Virus record (IMG/VR): IMGVR_UViG_2799112924_000001
Reading direction: 5' to 3' (one strand)
DNA from: a virus
DNA length: 30,278 bases
Shown: piece by piece, positions 26,484-30,278 of the stretch
Numbering within the stretch: position 1 is the first letter of the stretch
Layout of the letters: the number at the start of each line of letters is the position of its first letter
Position numbers and translations under genes: made by a program
The notes under the pieces: generated by a model
Told to the model about the DNA's origin: nothing
Databases searched by the model: none
The model's input: only the letters and a program-made list of their open reading frames with translations

Positions 26484-27791
26484 CTACTCAATAACTTTTA
26501 AAATTTCTTTAGCTATGGCTTTAGCCAATAATGGTGGAACTGCATCACCTACTTGGAAGTATTGAGTAACATTACGTCTTCTACTTCCGTTAGTAGTTCT
26601 TCTGCCTAAGAATTCAAAGCTATCATCAAAAGATTGCAATCTGGCAGATTCCCTAACCGTTAATGTTCTATTTTCAAAAGGAGAAATATTATCCTCAGGA
26701 ATTGATACAATAGTGACTGAAGGTTCATTTCTATTTAATCTATTTTTCATGATCTTCCTTGTTAACAGCACATCCAATAATTCATCATTAACATCGGCAT
26801 TTTTAAATTTTGATATGATTTCGTTTTTAGTCAGTTCAGAATTGTTTTGAACATGTTCCAATAGTTTAGGCTTATCTGATAAATCAATGCCCTCTGCCTT
26901 AATCCTATTTCGTAGATTAGTGCCGTTTTCACCCTCTTCAAATAAGGAAAAACGTTCTTTTACTAAGTCAAAATGCCTGGGGAAATCATTATTGGTTATT
27001 TCATTTGATGCTATTGGATTGCCATCAACGTCAGGTGTTCTGCCCATAATCGAATCTAATTGATATTGGGATGGCACCGGATTAACTTTATCTTTAATGT
27101 TTGCATCCTGTATTAAATCACCAATTGCGTCTTGAACAGAAACAAAGTTGTTTTCATCATGTGTTGGTCTTGGATACCTTGGAGCCATCATGCCCTTTTT
27201 GTATGCCATTACTATAATCCTATTCCTTCTTTGTGGAACACCGTAATTAGCGGCATTGAGACATCTTGGATTTAACATGTCATATCCAATTAAATCCAAT
27301 TCTTCTTCCAGAATATCTGGAACAACATTGCTGTCATAAATATCTCCTTTAAGACCTTCAAAATCATTAAGTTTCAAATCACAGAACCCCTCTACACTCT
27401 TTAAAACAACATAATCCGGTTTAACTTCATCAATTACTCGGACATATTCTTTAAATAATTTGTTCCTCGGATCATTAGCATTTCCAGCCCTACTGAAACC
27501 TTGACAAGGAGGACCTCCAAAAATCGCATCAATATGGGGAATTTCCTTACCTTTAAAAATTTCAAGATTGGCAATTGATTCCTTTATTAAATCCCCAGTC
27601 AAGTCTTTTATATCGGCCAATTCAAAATGAGTATTATAGCCTTGTATCAAACCTAACTGCTCATGCCTGTTTATGTAAGTTTTCATCACATCCTCATTGA
27701 TATCGCTTGAAAACAAAATATCGAATCCTGCTTGGATGATGCCTTCACTCATCCCGCCTGCACCGGAAAACAAATCAATTGCATATGCCAT
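26484..27791 (-). CDS. DNA (cytosine-5)-methyltransferase homolog with altered motif VI (possibly inactive)
   Basis: DLFSGAGG, GGPPCQGFS, QRRNR present; ENV replaced by KSV; GNAV replaced by GDAV. Confidence 0.85.
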   Translation of the reverse strand: MAYAIDLFSGAGGMSEGIIQAGFDILFSSDINEDVMKTYINRHEQLGLIQGYNTHFELADIKDLTGDLIKESIANLEIFKGKEIPHIDAIFGGPPCQGFSRAGNANDPRNKLFKEYVRVIDEVKPDYVVLKSVEGFCDLKLNDFEGLKGDIYDSNVVPDILEEELDLIGYDMLNPRCLNAANYGVPQRRNRIIVMAYKKGMMAPRYPRPTHDENNFVSVQDAIGDLIQDANIKDKVNPVPSQYQLDSIMGRTPDVDGNPIASNEITNNDFPRHFDLVKERFSLFEEGENGTNLRNRIKAEGIDLSDKPKLLEHVQNNSELTKNEIISKFKNADVNDELLDVLLTRKIMKNRLNRNEPSVTIVSIPEDNISPFENRTLTVRESARLQSFDDSFEFLGRRTTNGSRRRNVTQYFQVGDAVPPLLAKAIAKEILKVIE

Positions 27792-27949
27792 ATTTCTAAC
27801 TCCTTTAATATCCTGTTTACTTTTCTACAACAATAATATAACATTATGTTTAATCATTAATATGATTTTAATGTTATTTAAATGTTACTTTTTAAACTAC
27901 TATGACAAGACCATAAATGTTATTTACATTAAAATGAATAATACAAATT

Positions 27950-28114
27950 ATGAAAATAAAAGAAGAAACAAAAGTTAGAAATCAAGGCGAAATTTCACTC
28001 ATTACCACAATACCAAAAACCTATGTAAAAGCATTGGATATTGAATCCGGCGATACGATAGAATGGACACTCAATACAGAAACAGAAACATTAGAATTAA
28101 AAATAGTTAAATAA
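27950..28114 (+). CDS. AbrB/MazE/SpoVT-family protein (54 aa), not in the ORF track
   Basis: MKIKEETKVRNQGEISLITTIPKTYVKALDIESGDTIEW...KIVK. Confidence 0.75.
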   Translation: MKIKEETKVRNQGEISLITTIPKTYVKALDIESGDTIEWTLNTETETLELKIVK

Positions 28115-28125
28115 CTATTAATCAC

Positions 28126-28392
28126 TTATTTTAAATTTTTAACTATCTCATCCCCTTTATCAGTTAATCTATATAATCTACCTTTTCTAACTTCTGGATT
28201 AATGCATTCAACAAGTTCATGAGCTTTTAATTCTGCTAGAACTTTTGAAATATGGTTTGGTCTAATCTCTGAATCTTTAGCAATGACTGTTGGTATTTTA
28301 ACCTCTCCATCTAAAGATTTCATTACTTTAGTTCTGTATTGTGAGATTTTTACATAACTCATTTCTTTTAACATTTCATCTGACAATCCCAT
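28126..28392 (-). CDS. Winged-HTH (MarR-like) transcriptional regulator
   Basis: KIPTVIAKDS...HISKVLAELKAHELVEC...GRLYRLTDKG. Confidence 0.8.
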   Translation of the reverse strand: MGLSDEMLKEMSYVKISQYRTKVMKSLDGEVKIPTVIAKDSEIRPNHISKVLAELKAHELVECINPEVRKGRLYRLTDKGDEIVKNLK

Positions 28393-28400
28393 ACTATCAC

Positions 28401-29564
<1,164 letters not shown>

Positions 29565-29578
29565 AAATTATCACCTTA

Positions 29579-30277
29579 TTAATTTCTTATCGGAGTTTTT
29601 ACTTCAACATCTTTAACGATAAATTTACTTAATTCAGCACCCCATGAATGGGACAGGATTCCGAAATGTAATGGTTTGGTTTTATCTATCTCAGAGTATG
29701 GATTATCGAATATGTATGATTTTAAGAAATTGACAGTTGATATTAATTCATTATTTTCATCATACACTTCCATCACATAATTTTCATCTTTAGGATCATT
29801 TGTGAATATTACGCCATACTCTGTATTCTTCTGAAGGGTTACAGATTTATCTGATATTGTATACATGTCTTCTTCATAATCGCCAATGCCTAATATTCCT
29901 GGGTTTTCTCTGATTGCTCCAATGAACACTCCCCCATATCCACTTGATTCAATACAGAAACCAAATCCACCAGAATCATTATATCCATCCATTTTGAATT
30001 TGAATTTTATTTGCATAGGATCATTGTAATAGACATCACTTCCTTTTTTAACTAGTGCACCTACAAAAACTGGATCTTCAAAGAATTTTGCCTCACCCGT
30101 TAAATAAAACTCTCCGGTATTGTCACTAGCTAATCCTACGTTTATTGCACCATGTGCATTAATGAAATTGCTTTCAAAATCGGAAGATATGTCTGCTATT
30201 GATTCATTTTCTGTAGTTTCCCAATAAGTTCCACATGAAGGTATTGGTTCTGACTTACAAGCTGAAGAATTGTAAGG
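29579..30277 (-). CDS. Hypothetical (probably virion) protein, 5'-truncated by the window edge
   Basis: Frame of the 29579-30016 ORF stays open upstream to the window end (..PYNSSACKSEPIP...DVYYNDPMQIKF..), so ATG 30016 is probably internal. Confidence 0.6.
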   Translation of the reverse strand, partial: PYNSSACKSEPIPSCGTYWETTENESIADISSDFESNFINAHGAINVGLASDNTGEFYLTGEAKFFEDPVFVGALVKKGSDVYYNDPMQIKFKFKMDGYNDSGGFGFCIESSGYGGVFIGAIRENPGILGIGDYEEDMYTISDKSVTLQKNTEYGVIFTNDPKDENYVMEVYDENNELISTVNFLKSYIFDNPYSEIDKTKPLHFGILSHSWGAELSKFIVKDVEVKTPIRN

Positions 30278-30278
30278 G

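Noticed and set aside
27868-27879. TTAATGTTATTT, a possible right-end motif closing the RM block
   Set aside because: Matches R2 for 12 nt but is nearly all A/T and lacks the inner repeat; too weak alone.

Overview
AT-rich window that looks like most of an integrated provirus of a pseudomurein-walled methanogen (Methanobacteriales, probably Methanobrevibacter-like). The host call rests on a PeiW/PeiP-like endoisopeptidase and archaeal GGTGAT ribosome-binding sites. From left to right: a tyrosine integrase; a GIY-YIG nuclease; a + strand early/replication module with small ORFs, a split primase-C-terminal/P-loop helicase gene and an iteron-plus-palindrome origin; and a long - strand late region with TerL, putative TerS, endolysin, two tandem HK97-like capsid paralogs, a putative decoration protein and a collagen-like fibre. 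The viral backbone is interrupted by cargo blocks: GIY-YIG, ASCH, McrB plus DUF2357/McrC-like, and a Vsr + 2 endonuclease + 3 m5C methyltransferase cluster. The most unusual signal is a family of ~110-125 bp structured sites (outer inverted repeat TRACATTAAC...GTTAATGTTA, inner inverted repeat around GATATATATGCA, fixed spacing). Direct copies flank the integrase and the GIY-YIG gene, and partial copies lie at the left junction of the other three cargo blocks, suggesting a recombinase-driven gene-cassette system. Protein calls are by motif recognition only; no searches were run. No att pair, portal gene, tRNA, rRNA or CRISPR array was recognised.
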